DNA of 63,887 bases, counting the filler, from Chiloscyllium plagiosum (Eukaryota): the NCBI RefSeq assembly GCF_004010195.1. It is 3 parts of one record of this genome, joined end to end, with 100 filler letters (N's around TTAATTAATTAA, not from the genome) between each part and the next. Parts side by side here need not be neighbours in the genome. Positions count along the whole stretch, not along the records: positions 24,640 to 40,832 come from NC_057714.1; 2 more parts are not named here. The stretch is one strand, 5' to 3'. The notes under the pieces were generated by a model, which worked only from the letters and a program-made list of their open reading frames with translations, was not told the DNA's origin and did no database searches. How positions within the stretch are numbered: position 1 is the first letter of the stretch; each line of letters starts with the position of its first letter. The translations under genes were made by a program, and so were the position numbers. This document shows positions 25,691 to 39,182 of the stretch, piece after piece.

Positions 25691-27058
25691 CTGGCTCAAA
25701 GGTAGAAGGCAGAGGGTGGTGGTGGAGGGTTGTTTTTCAGACTGGAGGCCTGTGACCAGTGGAATGCCACAAGGATCAGTGCTGGGTCCTCTACTTTTTG
25801 TCATTAAATGATTTGGATGCGAGCATAAGAGGCACAGTTATGATGACACCAAAATTGGAGGTGCAGTGGACAGCGAAGAAGGTTATCTCAGATTACAACG
25901 GGACCCTTGATCAGATGGGCCAATGGGCTGAGAAGTGGCAGATGGAGTTTAATTTAGATAAATGTGAGCTGCTGCATTTTGGGAAAGCAAATCTTAGCAG
26001 GACTTATACACTTATTGGTAAGGCCTAGTGAGTGTTGCTGAACAAAGAGATCTTGGAATGCAGGTTCATAGCTCCTAGAAAGTAGAGTTGCAAGCAGATA
26101 GGATAGCGAAGGTGGTTTTAGATTAGATTAGATTACTTTAGATTACTTACAGTGTGGAAACAGGCTCTTCGGCCCAACAAGTCCACACCGCCCCGCCGAA
26201 GCGCAACCCACCCATACCCCTACATTTCCCCCTTACCTAACACTACAGGCAATTTAGCATGGCCAATTCACCTGACCTGCACATTTTTGGACTGTGGGAG
26301 GAAACCAGAGCACCTGGTTCACCCACGCAGACACGGAGAGAATGTGCAAACTCCACACGCCTGAGGCGGGAATTGAACCCGGGTCTCTGGCGCTGCGAGG
26401 CAGCAGTGCTAACCACTGTGCCACCGTGCCGTGGTGTTTGGTATGCTTTCCTTTATTGGTCAGAGCATTGAGAACAGATGTTGGGAGGTCATGTTGCAGC
26501 TGTACAGGATAATGGTTAGGCCACTGTTGGAGTATTGTGTGCAATTCTGGTCTCCTCCCTATCGGAAAGATGTTGTGAAGCTTGAAAGGGTTCAGAAAAG
26601 ATTTACAAGGATGTTGCCAGGGTTGGAGGATTTGAGCTATACGGATAGGCTGAATAGGTGAGGACTGTATTCCCTGGAGAGTAGGAGGCTGAGGGGTGAC
26701 CTTATAGAGGCTATAAAATCATGACAGGCTTGGATAGGATAAATAGACAAAGTCTTTTCCCTGAGGAACTAGAGAGAATAGGTTTTGGGTGAGAGGGGAA
26801 AGATATAAGAGAGACCTAAGGGGCAACCTTTTCACACAGAGGGTGGTACGTGTATGGAATGAGCTGCCAGAGGATGTGGTGGAGGCTGGTACAATTGCAA
26901 CATTTAAGAGACATTTGGATGGGTATATGAATAGGAAGGGTTTGGAGGGATATGAGCCGGGTGCTGGCAGGTGGGACTAGATTGGGTTGGGATATCTGGC
27001 CAGCATGGACGGGTTGGACCGAAGGGTCTGTTTCCATGCTGTACATCTCTATGGCTCC
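25690..27058 (+). mobile_element. CR1 LINE RT/3' end interrupted by a SINE
   Basis: [28 protein letters not shown] and WNELPE motifs. Confidence 0.9.
26118..26431 (-). mobile_element. V-SINE (HE1-like) inserted in CR1
   Basis: Same sequence family as 4511-4822. Confidence 0.87.
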
Positions 27059-28038
27059 ATGCCCAGTCATTGCTTTCTAATAAGGGTTGTCCATTGGTCC
27101 ATTGACAATGGGGACTTTATCTTTTTGGTAGAAAAACAAACGAATACAGATCCTTAATGAGCAAACAGCTAACAAAGGCAGTATAGCATGTGTAAAGACA
27201 GGATTATTTTATTTTCTGTATTTTTGATTGTGATTGACTGAATTGAGAAATGCTACCCCCTCCTCCAAGTCATTGATATGGATAATAAACCTTTGAGAGA
27301 CTCGGACTCATCCCTGTGACATTCCGTTCATTACAACTTTCCAACTTGAAAAATAACTAATAACCCCGAATGTCTTCTGTGTTAACCAATCCTCAAACCA
27401 AGCTAATACACTACCACACAATATCATGAGCTCCTTTGTTGTGCAGCCTAATCAAAATCCATCTAAAAATCCAAATACACTATATCTACCAGTTTCCCCA
27501 CTTGTTACATTCTTGAAGAACTTTGGCAAATTCTCTTTCACAAAACCATCCTGAATATCTGATTGCATTAATTTGTCCTTCCTTAACAATGGAACCCATT
27601 TGCAGCATCTTGCCCAATGATGGATGCCAGACCACCTAGTGCATCGTTTCCTGCTTTCCATCTCCCTCTCTTCTTGAACAGGGCCATCACAGTAGCAATT
27701 TTTCAATCCACCAGAACACCTCCAGAATCTAGTGAATTCTGGAATATTTCGACCAATGCCTCCACTCTCTCTGTGGCCACTTCCTGTAAAACCCCTGGAT
27801 GCAAATCATCAGATCCAGCTCAGATGGGAAGCTGTCTGCCTTCAGTTTGTTACCTGCGGTACAGATTACTATATTCCCTCTCATTGCTAACTGGATATCT
27901 TTGAGATGCTTATAGCCTCTGCTACAATGAAGGCCAAGCAAAATATTGTTTTAAATGATTTGTCATTTCCCTGTTTCCCAACTGTCATTATTAGTTGCCC
28001 AGATACATCTGCAATATTCCCACAGCTCTCCTTATATA

Positions 28039-28182
28039 CAGAAGGACCTTGATTATCCAGTATTTTGGATTATCTGAACAAGATCACAAGGTCCCGAAGT
28101 TGGCTAACTACGTTATCCAGCATTTGATTAACCGAATGAAATACTCCCCACCCACAGCCTTCAGGTAATCGAGTTTCTTCTG
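28039..28182. mobile_element. Possible Tigger/pogo-type MITE
   Basis: Imperfect TIRs CAGAAGGACCTTGATTATCC and reverse complement CAGAAGAAACTCGATTACC; TA at the left flank only. Confidence 0.45.
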
Positions 28183-28251
28183 GACCTGCAGAAGCTGTCT
28201 GTTTTTCTTTCTCATGGTGTGTGGTAACACACAGACACACACCCCCCCCCT

Positions 28252-28470
28252 CAACAGGTCCAAGAACAGCTCCTTCCCCACTGTTATCAGCTGCTGAATA
28301 GACCTCTCAAATTTCAAACCAAATGTTGATCTTGCTTTTTGTGCACCTTCCTTGTATTCCTCGCTCCGTTCTATCACCCCATGATCTCTGTATGGTATGA
28401 TCTACCTGTACTGCAAGCATAACAAATTTTTTCACTGTACCAAGGTCCATGTGACAGTAATAAATCAAAT
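28252..28470 (+). mobile_element. Rex1/Babar-like LINE 3' end
   Basis: aagaacagctccttccccactgttatcag (KNSxFPxxI-type C-terminus) and tail ...gtgacagtaataaatcaaat. Confidence 0.5.
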
Positions 28471-29013
28471 AATTCCATGCCAATTTACTTTCATAATCAG
28501 TTCTCTCCCTTTTCTATTAATTATATAGTGATCAGATCGTGGTTCCTAAACAATTTCTAATCCTCTGGCTTAGTTTGTGCAACTTGGTTGCCTTACTTTC
28601 TAATTGGTTAGTTCACCTGATCGCCTTTGTAATCACCGTGGTAACAGGAGAAAGACTCAAAAAGGACATGAAGGGAAACGTTTAATTTATACAGATTGGT
28701 TCATGTGTGGAATGACCGGCCAGAGGGAGTGGCGATGCAGGTACAGTTACAGCACTGAAAAGATAGTTGGATAAATACATGAATAGGAAAGGTTTGGAGG
28801 GATATGGGCCAGGAGCAGGCAGCTGGGACCGGTTTAGTTTGGGAACATGGTCAACATGGATTACTTGGACCGAAGGGTCTGCCTCCATGCTGTCGGAATC
28901 AAAGTCCTTTTTCACCAGAATAAATTTTAGATGGCTTATGAAATATCTACTGAGACAACTGCTCATCCACTGACCTTCCCTTTTGTCTATTTTCCCAGCT
29001 CATTGCAGACAAC

Positions 29014-29630
29014 TATGGCTTTCATTAACAGGGGGATCGAGTTTAAGAGCCGTGAGGTTTTGCTGCAGCTCTACAAGTCCCTGGTGAGACCACACTTGGA
29101 ATATTGCGTCCAGTTCTGGTCGCCCTACTATAGGAAAGATGTGGAGGCTTTGGAGAGGGTGCAAAGAAGGTTTACCAGGATGCTGCCTGGACTGGAGGAC
29201 TTGCCTTACGAAGACAGGTTGACTAAGCTCAGACTTTTTTCTCTGGAGAGGAGGAGGAAGAGAGGTGACCTGATTGAGGTATACAACATAATGAGAGGAA
29301 TAGATAGAGTTGATAGCCAGAGACTTTTCCCCAGGGCAGGATTGACTGCCATGAGGCATCATAGTTTGAAAATATTAGGAGGAAGGTATAAAGGAGACAT
29401 CAGAGGAAGGTTCTTTAAGCAGATGAGTTGTGAATACATGGAATGTGTTGCCAGCGGTGATGGTGGAAGCAGAGTCATTGGGGACATTTAAGCGACTGCT
29501 GGACATGCACATGGATAGCAGTGAGTTGAGTGATGTGTAGGTTAGGTTATTTTGTTTTAGATTAGGATTAATCCTCAGCACAAAATTGTGGGCTGAAGGG
29601 CCTTCTCTGTGCTGTACTTTTCTAAGTTCT
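29014..29630 (+). mobile_element. CR1 LINE 3' portion
   Basis: LYKSLVRPHLEYCVQFWSP...RGDLIE motifs. Confidence 0.9.
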
Positions 29631-30728
29631 AACTCTTTCTTCACCCCTCTGTAATTGTCTCATTTAAGTTGAGGACACAGGTTTTAGACCTGAGGTGATC
29701 TCCCCCAAATTGAACTTGAAATACTACCACTACTCACTAGAGGATCCTTAACTATGAGATCTGTTATTGACCATATCTCATTACACATTGTTAGATTGAA
29801 AACAGCCTGTTCCCAGCAACTGTTCCTAGATACAACCACAAACGCACTCTACAAATGTAGCTTCCGTGTTACCCGTCCCACCTGACTTGCCTATCATTAT
29901 GCCAAATAAAAGCCTCATGATGAATGTCTTCTTACATCCCTCCATTATTGCCTGATAGGGTCCAATGCCATTTTGTGAACAAAGCTACCCTCTGTGCTTT
30001 TCTATTTTATCTGTTCTTCCAAAACATCATATATCCGTGAATGATGAGCTCCCGATAGCCTGCAACTACGGCTCTGTAATAACAATCAAGTCACATTCAC
30101 ACAATTTGATTTCTGCCATCAACACTTCTTGTTCAAATGCTCGAAGTCACATGACACCAGATTACAGTCCAGCAGGTTGACCCCCAGCTCCAACCTGGTA
30201 CTGTCATGTGACTTCTGACTTTGTCCATCCCAATCCAACACCGGCACCTCCACATCACATTACAAATGCTGTGTGCATTCAGATAAAATGCATTCAACTT
30301 TCACAGATGATCAATATTACTCACTCTGGTTTGAATTTCTGCAACAATCTTCAGTGTAGATTTTCCACCTCTTGCTGTAACATGGTGGATTATATTTCAC
30401 TTCTTCCTCATGCTGTAACACCACACTCTCATTTCTTTTCAATTTTTTACACTTTCCTTTATTTGAACACTCTCCTCCACTAATTAATGTAAACTCCTAA
30501 GTAAAAACCTAGTGGTGTCAGGATGGATAACATAAAGCAATAAGTGGACCAACTCTCTTCCCCCATGTACTAGTGTCAGTGCCCTATGAATCACATCTCG
30601 TCTTATTTACTCCACACAAATTTGCTTGAGGCTCATGGAGTAATCTAGAGATCATTACCTTTGAGGCTCTGGAGTTATATTTGTTTTTGAACCACAATAA
30701 ACAATTGGGAACTCTGACTGCACACCTG

Positions 30729-31200
30729 CAGTGCTGACCCTCCGACAGTGCGGCGTTCCCTCAGCGCTGACCCTCCACAGCGCGACGTCCCCTCAGCGCT
30801 GACCCTCCGACAGTGCGGCGCCCCCTCAGCGCTGACCCTCCGACAGTGCGGCGCCCCCTCAGCGCTGACCCTCCACAGCGCGACGTTCCCTCAGTGCTGA
30901 CCCTCCGACAGTGCGGCGCCCCCTCAGCGCTGACCCTCCCGACAGTGCGGCGCCCCCTCAGCGCTGACCCTCAGCGCGACGTTCCCTCAGTGCTGACCCT
31001 CCGACAGTGCGGCGCCCCCTCAGCGCTGACCCTCCGACAGTGCGGCGCCCCCTCAGCGCTGACCCTCCCGACAGTGCGGCGCCCCCTCAGCGCTGACCCT
31101 CCCGACAGTGCGGCGCCCCCTCAGCGCTGACCCTCCCGACAGTGCGGCGCCCCCTCAGCGCTGACCCTCCCGACAGTGCGGCGCTCCCTCAGCGCTGACC
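30729..31200. repeat. About 33-34 bp GC-rich minisatellite, about 14 units
   Basis: Unit cagtgcggcgccccctcagcgctgaccctccga with variant units. Confidence 0.93.
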
Positions 31201-31714
31201 ATCTGATGTAGAAATGACATGACAGCAAGTCATGGCAGTTTCAGTTATGTACCTAACAGGAGATTTAACCCCCTTTGGCTTCCTGAACACTTTCAATTGC
31301 TTCTCCTAGCTGTGTAGCCTTGAACCTAAACAGGGAGCTGCTTGAAGCTTACATCATTTGTTTGGGTCCACATAACTGTGTAAATGAATTCAGATTCACC
31401 ACTGTACCAGCTGACAGACTGATTTCAGGATTCTCAGAGATTGAAGTGTTGAGCCAATGAATCCCACCGTCTGTCCTGTTGCCTGTTACAGAGCAGCCAG
31501 GCTGTGTGCTAGACACTACTTACCAGGTACTATTCGTGTGAGTCACCAGCCAGATGGGAAATTGGGAACTATTGCAACATGTGAACCTCCATGTAAAGCT
31601 GAATTCAGAGTTTATCGGTATAAGACTATAGCACTAGCTGCTAAAACACCACATGAGACATCAAGAAGCACTGTGTTAATACAAAGCTGTTGTTCATCAG
31701 TCAGCCTGTTGGGC

Positions 31715-32540
31715 GAGTCAAAAAGTGTGGTGTTGGAAAAGCACAGCCATTCAGGCAGCATCCGTAGAGCAGGAGCGTCAATGTTTTGAGCATAAGCTCT
31801 ACATCAGGAATGTGGGGTGGGGTGGGATTGGGGGATCCAAGGGGACTCAGAGATAAATGGGAGGGGGAAGGTAGCTGGGAATGCGATAGGTTGATGAAGG
31901 TGGGGGCTGATGGGGACAGGTTGGAGTGAGAGGTGCAGTGGATAGGTGGGAAGGAAGATGGATAGGTAGGACAGTACCGAGTTGGGGGGTGGATTGGGGA
32001 CAAGCTCGGGGGAGGGGAGATGAGGAAACTGGTGAAATCCACATTGATCCCGTGTGGTTGGACGGTCCCAAGGTGGAAGATGAGGCATTCTTCCTATAGG
32101 CATCGAGTAGCTGTGATTTGCAAGTCCTTGGTCGAGTAGGAGTGGCGTCATCGTGTTGGGCCACAGGACTGTGGGATTGATTGGCACTTGTCCCCCCCAG
32201 AGATGTTCTCTGCAACATTCCGCAAGTTGGCATCCTGTCTTCCCAATGCACAGGAGACCACATAGAGAGCAATGGACACATCAGATGAGAGCACCTCATC
32301 TTCCACCTTGGGACCACCACCTTCATCTACCTATCACATTCGCAGCTAACTTTCCCCAGCGCCACCCTCCTCCCATTTATCTCACTGCCCCTCCCCCACA
32401 AAAAGAAACTCCTGATGAAGGGCTCATGCTTGAACCGTTGACTCTTCTGCTACACAGATGCTGCCTGACCTGCTCTGCTTTTCCAGCACCACACTTTTTG
32501 ACTCTGATCTCTAGCATCTACATTGCTCACTTTCTCCTGT
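31715..32540. mobile_element. Diverged PLE family-1 3' fragments in inverted arrangement
   Basis: Minus-strand endonuclease C-terminus and pLTR (31715-32290), then plus-strand pLTR with ctgatgaagggctcatgcttgaacc (about 32410); homologous to 36800-37370. Confidence 0.7.
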
Positions 32541-33430
32541 TGGGTCATGAGTATCACAATGACCATTTATAACTTTAATCACGTCTTCAATCCAGTAAAA
32601 CATTGCAACATATTAGATAGGGCCATAATCAGCAAAGTTGGCACCAAGCCACAAGCTGAGGAAAGGAGTCCAAAACTTTCTTCAACACTTGGGTAATAAG
32701 TAAATGTAAAGAGGAGAGTGCAGCCTCTGAGCAGGTACCTGGAGATGCAGCATTTTGTTTTTATCTGACTGTTTTGACTGTCATGGTAAGCTATGCATAA
32801 AGCCCCCAGCTCCAATGGAGAGCAGCATTGCCTGAATTACAGCTGCAGTACAATAGCAGAAACCAGGTAGAGGTCATCGATCCTCTTGCTCCTTCTCTGC
32901 CAAAATTTTAAAATACAATCTATTTTGCAACGGCTTTCAGTCCTGAAGGCATACCAGACTCTGTTTCTCTCTACCAGCACTGCCAAATTTCTCAGCATAA
33001 TCTCTGTTTTATCCTCTAAAGAAACTGTGCTAAGCACACAGATCTGAATCTCAAACGTAAGACCACTCAGCCACGGTTACTGATACTGTTTTTTAAAGCA
33101 AGCTCTTTCAAAATGCAATTACTGAAGTGCACGTGGAACTTGAGCCCAGACCTTCTGGATCAGAGGTAGGGACTCTACCACTGCACCACAATAATTTTTC
33201 TCTAGCTCATAATGTTTGTTTAAACAAACTAGACAATCAATTGTGACACTTTCGACAGAACGGGTAATTCATAATTACTGCCACTGTATCTCCCACTGCC
33301 CTGCTCCAAACAGCATACATTCAATTCATATAATCCCTACAGCGTGGAAACAGGCCCCTTGGCCCAACAATTCCACACCGACCCTCCAAAGAGTAACCCA
33401 CCCAGACCCATTCCCCCACCATGGCAGCAC

Positions 33431-34845
33431 GTTTTGAGAAGATTTGTAGCTCAGATTGAGCTAACCAAACAAGCAGACAAAATGAGCCCAGAAACCCTCG
33501 CCACCCTCCCCTACCTCAAAGACATCTCGGAAATGACTGCCAGAATACTCAGACTTCTTGGATTTGCTGCTGAGAATCGGCGGACTGTGTTCATTGGGTA
33601 CCCACTCTTTTTGAATATATTCAAATATTGAATCAAATACTGAACCACAGAAGCAATCATCCACACACTAAGCTGCATTAGAACATTATATTAACGAGCC
33701 ACCACACACTGCTGCACAGAGGAACGACGCAGAGCAGAGGAAAATCACCTACATCGTGTATTCAAATAAACACAGTTTGCCGATTTCTCAGCAACAAACC
33801 CAAACAAGCAGACAAAATTCATCCAGAAACCCTAGCCACTCTCCCCTACATCAAAGACACCTCGGAAATGATTGCCAGACTACTCAGACCCTTTGAGGAG
33901 AAAGTGAGGACTGCAGATGCTGGAGATCAGAGCTGAAAATGTGTTGCTGGAAAAGCGCACCAGGTCAGGCAGCATCCAGGGAACTGGATGCTGCCTGACC
34001 TGCTGCGCTTTTCCAGCAACACATTTTCTACTCAGACCCTTTGGCATCATGGTAGCCCACAAACCCACCAACACACAAAAACAGCAGCTAATGAACTTGA
34101 AAGACCCTATACAGACAAGTAAAGCTAATGTCATTTACAAAATACCTTGCAAGGACTGTTACAAACACTACATTGGACAAACAGGCAGAAAACTAGCCAC
34201 CAGGATACATGAACATCAACTAGCCGCAAAACAACATGACCTACTCTAACTAGTATCCTTACATGAGGAAGGACACCACTTTGATTGGGACAACATCCGA
34301 GGTCAAGCCAAACAGAAACACGCACAACAATTCCTAGATGTTGTGAAATTTGAAAGGGTTCAGGAAAGATTTACAAGGATGTTGCTAGGGTTGGAGGATC
34401 AGAGCTACAGGGAGAGGCTGAACAGGCTGGAAGGCTGGTACAATTACAACATTGAAGAGGCATTTGGATGGGTATATGAATAAGAAGGGTTTGGAGGGAT
34501 ATGGGCCGGGCGCTGGCAGGTGGGACTAGATTGGGTTGGGATATCTGGTCAGCATGGACGGGTTGGACCGAAGGGTCTGTTTCCATGCTGTACATCTTTA
34601 TGACTCTAAGTATGGCATTCCAACCTGAACTCTATCAACAAACACATCGAGTTGGATCCTATTTACCTCCCTCTGAGAAAAAGAACAGGAAATGACAGCA
34701 CCAACCCAAGGAACCCTAAACACATAAATAGAAAGTGGGTCATTAACACCAGTGTTTCACCAGAGGCTCACTGATGACATTACCTAGTATGGTGACAAAA
34801 CATCTGAAAATGAACCTGCCAGCTTAGCGAGCAAACCTACATCCA
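33431..34845 (+). mobile_element. PLE family 2: GIY-YIG endonuclease region and pLTR, with nested PLE-1 hairpin (33880-34043) and CR1 (34338-34608)
   Basis: LPYIKDTSEMIARLLRPFGIMVAHKP...NVIYKIPCKDCYKHYIGQTGRKLATRIHEH is a Penelope GIY-YIG signature; TSD ctactcagaccctttg flanks the nested hairpin. Confidence 0.88.
34768..34807 (+). ncRNA. Degenerate hammerhead motif of PLE family 2
   Basis: TCA-CTGATGA-CATTACC(TAGTAT)GGTGAC-AAAAC-ATC-TGA; GAAAC and GTC each appear altered by a CpG-to-CpA change. Confidence 0.55.
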
Positions 34846-34849
34846 TTCT

Positions 34850-35085
34850 CTTACCCTACTGTTCTACATTTACCCCAGACTAACGCACCAAACATACACA
34901 TCCCTGAACATTACGGACAATTTAATATAGCTGATTCACCGAGCACATCTTTGGATTGTGGGAGGAAACCCACGCAGACTCAGGGAGAATATGCAAACTC
35001 CACACAGACAGTTGCCTGGGGCTGGAATCGAACTTGGGTCCCTGGCGCTGAGAGGCTGCCGTGCTAACCACTGAGCGACGTGCTG
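34850..35085 (-). mobile_element. Diverged V-SINE
   Basis: caaactccacacag core and gctaaccactg head similar to the other SINE copies. Confidence 0.7.
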
Positions 35086-35560
35086 TTCACAACTGTCAGC
35101 AATGGAACTCGGGTTATAATTGAGGAAAAGGTTCCTGTGAGACTTATTCACTTGAGAGAAGAGTTGTAATGAACACTACCCTCTGGCAGGGTCACAATGG
35201 GAAAGAAAGCAAGTGGGGAAAAAAATTCAGAACTGAGAATTAAACTAATCAGAAATCATGGATGTCTCTAGGTTTAATATCTTATTCTCAAACAGAGACT
35301 CACGGGAAACTCAATTCATTGCTATATATGAAATGGTGATGATACCACTCCTTCAGCCAGACCTCAGGCATGGGAAATGGGTGGGAAACTCCTCATCTGG
35401 GATCTCAGAGGGAGAGCACCCCATCCCCACTCTTCTCATTCCCTTCCTCCCACCCTCCTCACCTCATTCCTCCTCGCCTCCCCTTCGATTGATGCTCTTG
35501 CCTACATTCCTCCTCCATTCCCACCCAAAGGTCACTGACCCCTTCCCCACTTGCACGCAT

Positions 35561-36060
35561 NNNNNNNNNNNNNNNNNNNNNNNNNNNNNNNNNNNNNNNN
35601 NNNNNNNNNNNNNNNNNNNNNNNNNNNNNNNNNNNNNNNNNNNNNNNNNNNNNNNNNNNNNNNNNNNNNNNNNNNNNNNNNNNNNNNNNNNNNNNNNNNN
35701 NNNNNNNNNNNNNNNNNNNNNNNNNNNNNNNNNNNNNNNNNNNNNNNNNNNNNNNNNNNNNNNNNNNNNNNNNNNNNNNNNNNNNNNNNNNNNNNNNNNN
35801 NNNNNNNNNNNNNNNNNNNNNNNNNNNNNNNNNNNNNNNNNNNNNNNNNNNNNNNNNNNNNNNNNNNNNNNNNNNNNNNNNNNNNNNNNNNNNNNNNNNN
35901 NNNNNNNNNNNNNNNNNNNNNNNNNNNNNNNNNNNNNNNNNNNNNNNNNNNNNNNNNNNNNNNNNNNNNNNNNNNNNNNNNNNNNNNNNNNNNNNNNNNN
36001 NNNNNNNNNNNNNNNNNNNNNNNNNNNNNNNNNNNNNNNNNNNNNNNNNNNNNNNNNNNN
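35561..36060. other. 500-N scaffolding gap
   Basis: Exactly 500 N, typical of a fixed-size scaffold join; second one at 61698-62197. Confidence 0.9.
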
Positions 36061-37370
36061 GTGAGGACTGCAGATGCTGGAAACGAGAGTTTAGATCAGG
36101 ATTCCTGATGAAGGCTTTTGCCCAAAACATCGATTTCCCTGCTCTTCGGATGCTGCCTGAACTGCTGTGCTTTTCCAGCACCACTCTAATCTACTACAAA
36201 CCCACCAACTCCTACAGCTATCTGGGCTACACCTCTTCCCACCTACCTATTGGAAAAATGTCATCCTGTATTCCCAATTCGTCTGCCTCTGCCACATCTG
36301 CTCCCAGGATGACCAAGACCACCTTAGAACATTCCAGATGGCCTCCTTCTTCAAAGATCGCAATTTCCCCTCCTATGTGGCCTACGATGCCCTCCAGTGC
36401 ATATCCTCCACTTCCTGCTCCTCCACCCTTCAACTCCAGTCCACCCAATGCAACAAGGACACACCCCCCCCGGTCCTAACCTTCTAGCCCACCATTTCCG
36501 CCATCTACAAACGGACACCAACACCAGGGATAGATTTCCCTCCCCACCCCATCTCGTTTTGGAGAGACCATTCCCTCTGCAACTTTTTTGTCAGGTCCAT
36601 GTCCCCACCAACCCACCCTCTCCTCCAGGCACCTTTCCCTGCCACTGCATGAATCGCAAATCCTGCTCCCACACCTCCCCCCTCATCTCCATCCAAGGCC
36701 CAAAAGGAGCTTTGCACATCTGACAAAAATTTACCTGTACTTATACATGCATCATCTACTGTATCTGTTGCAACCGATGTGGTCTCCTAACATCGGGGAG
36801 ACAGGACACCTCCTAACAGAGCACTTTAGGGAACATCTCCGAGACACCCGCACCAACCAACCCCACCACCCTGTGGCCCAACAGTTCAACTCCCCCTCCC
36901 CTCTGCCGAGGACATGGAGGTCCTGGGCCTCCACCATCGCTCCCTCACCACCCGATGCCTGGAGGAAGAACGCCTCATCTTCTGCCTTGGGACCCTACAA
37001 ACCACACGGGATGAATGTGGATTTCACCAGTTTCCTCATTTTCGCTCCCCCCACCTTATCCCAGTCCCAGGCCTCCAACTCGGCACTGCCCTCCTGACCT
37101 GTCCATCGTCCTTCACATCTATCTGCTCCACTCTCCTCTCCATCCTATCACCTTCATCTACCTATTGCATTCCTAGTTACCTTCACCCCAGCCCCACATC
37201 CTTTCCCATTTATCTCTCAACCCAACGACCCACAAGTCTCATTCCTGATGCAGGGTTTTTGCCCGAAACATCGATTCTCCTGCCTCCTGGATGCTGCCTG
37301 ACCGGCTGTGCTTTTCCAGCACCACACTCTTGACTCTGCTCTCCAGCATCTGCAGTCCTCACTTTCTCCT
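36061..37370 (+). mobile_element. PLE family 1: RT thumb, GIY-YIG endonuclease and 3' pLTR
   Basis: YYKPTNSYSYLGYTSSH...YSQF..L..ICS (RT C-terminus); IIYCICCNRCGLLNIGETG...EH (GIY-YIG); pLTR with degenerate HHR at about 37241-37275. Confidence 0.88.
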
Positions 37371-37385
37371 GACTTGGCTATAATA

Positions 37386-37694
37386 CATTACATTACATTA
37401 CAGTGTGGAAACAGGCCCTTCGGCCCAACAAGTCCACACCGCCCCGCCGAAGCGCAACCCACCCATACCCCTACATTTACCCCTTACCTAACACTACGGG
37501 GAATTTAGCATGGCCAATTCACCTGACCTGCACATCTTTGGACTGTGGGAGGAAACCAGAGCACCCGGAGGAAACCCACGCAGACACGGGGAGAACGTGC
37601 AAACTCCACACAGTCAGTCGCCTGAGGCGGGAATTGAACCCGGGTCTCTGGCGCTGTGAGACAGCAGTGCTAACCACTGTGCCACCGTGCCGCC
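37386..37694 (-). mobile_element. V-SINE (HE1-like)
   Basis: Full-length copy with (acatt)n tail. Confidence 0.88.
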
Positions 37695-38077
37695 CATACA
37701 TTCACTTCCCTGATCCAAGTCACTAACATACATTGTAAATAATTGTGGCCCCAACACTGATTCCTCTGGCATTCCATTAGTTACAGGATTCCAATCTGAA
37801 AATGCCCCGCTCATCTCAACTTTCTGCCTTGTATTAGTGAGCCAATCCTCTATCTGTGGTAATGCACTCTGTCCAAATCCATCGGCTTTTCTCTTTGGAA
37901 GTAACCTCATATATGGTATCTTATCAAATGCCTTTTGGAATTGACTATGATCAGATTAGACATGATCGCATTGAATGGCAGAACAGGATTGATGGCCTGG
38001 ATATTTGCTGCTGTGTATTATTATCTCTCAATTTTCATATGAATATGTTTATTTTTAATGATTTTCCTTGTCTGTTA

Positions 38078-38305
38078 ATGATGTGGAGGTGCCGGTGGTG
38101 GTCTGGGGTGGACAATGTTAAAAATCACACAACACCAGCTTACAGTCCAACAGGGTTATTTGGAAGCTCTAGCTTTCAAGGCAGCGCTCCTTCATCAGGT
38201 GGGTGTGGAGTACACTCTACAGCTGTGAAGGATAAAGGAGCAGTGCTCTGAAAGCTAGTGCTTCCAAATAAATCTATTGGACTATAACCTGGTGTTGTTT
38301 GATTT
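38078..38305. mobile_element. Inverted pair of PLE family-3 termini
   Basis: Minus strand CTGATGAAGGAGC...GAAAGCTAG facing plus strand aggagcagtgctctgaaagctagtg...ctataacctggtgttg. Confidence 0.7.
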
Positions 38306-39067
38306 GTAACTTTGTTTTTAATGTACCTACAGAAGATGTAACAGTCTGTTTTTCTGTTTTTGTTAGGTTGCATTTATATTCTTTTATCAGTTTTTTGGTA
38401 CTCTTTTTCTGGAATCTCTAACCTCCCAATCCTCAGGTTTACTGTTATTTCTGGCAACTTTATAGACCTTTATTCTGAATCTTATTCAATCCTAAAATCC
38501 ATTTGTTGCGTGCAGTTAACTGACTGGTTCTGAGGTTTAGCACCTTGAAGGAATGTCCAGTTGCTTTAAGTCCTTTAAAGCCTCTCTATTGCCTGTGTAC
38601 ACTCAGCCCTTTTAATGTATTTTCAAAACAACTTCGGCCAATGAATGCCTCATGTCTTCATCATGCCCCGGATTCACATTTCACCACCTTGCTTCAGATT
38701 GAACTCCCTCACTTCCAAACACCATGGACAATTCCATCATATTGTGGCCACTCATCCTGAAAAGTTCTTTCTCAGCACTGATTGCAGTCGCCCATGATAA
38801 CTGTGCTCCTCGTGTTACATGCTTCTGTCATCCCCTGATGAAGGCCATGACCCACATCCCACTCCTCTGTATTGCTTTGGAAATAATTCCAACCAATGTC
38901 TGCTGCCCCCTGCTGTTTCTTCGTTCCACCCTAACATATTCCATACATTGATTTCTGAGTCTGAGATCCTCCCTGACTAATGGACTGTGTCCATTCTTTA
39001 TCATCAGAGCAAACACCTGCTTTTCCTTGTCTGTTGTCCCTAAACTTTGAATATCCCTTTGTTTCAG

Positions 39068-39182
39068 GTTTGTAACAGTAAAGGGAACTGTCACTGTGAT
39101 ATGGCCTGGGCTCCTCCATTCTGTAATGTCAGAGGTTCAGGTGGCAGTATTGACAGTGGACCCGTAGAGGACACCAGATCAG
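39068..39182 (+). CDS. ADAM-family metalloproteinase, EGF-like/juxtamembrane exon ([38 protein letters not shown])
   Basis: tttgtttcag|GTT...TCAG|gtaatc; 115 bp, phase 0 to 1. The CNxxxNCHCxxxWAPPxC...GxGGSxDSGP motif is characteristic of ADAM EGF-like domains. Paralogue cannot be assigned from one exon. Confidence 0.88.

Noticed and set aside
31518..31600. Minus-strand donor (ctg|gtaagt) as possible SCRIB exon 1
   Set aside because: The required phase-0 frame has a stop just upstream and no similarity to the SCRIB N-terminus.
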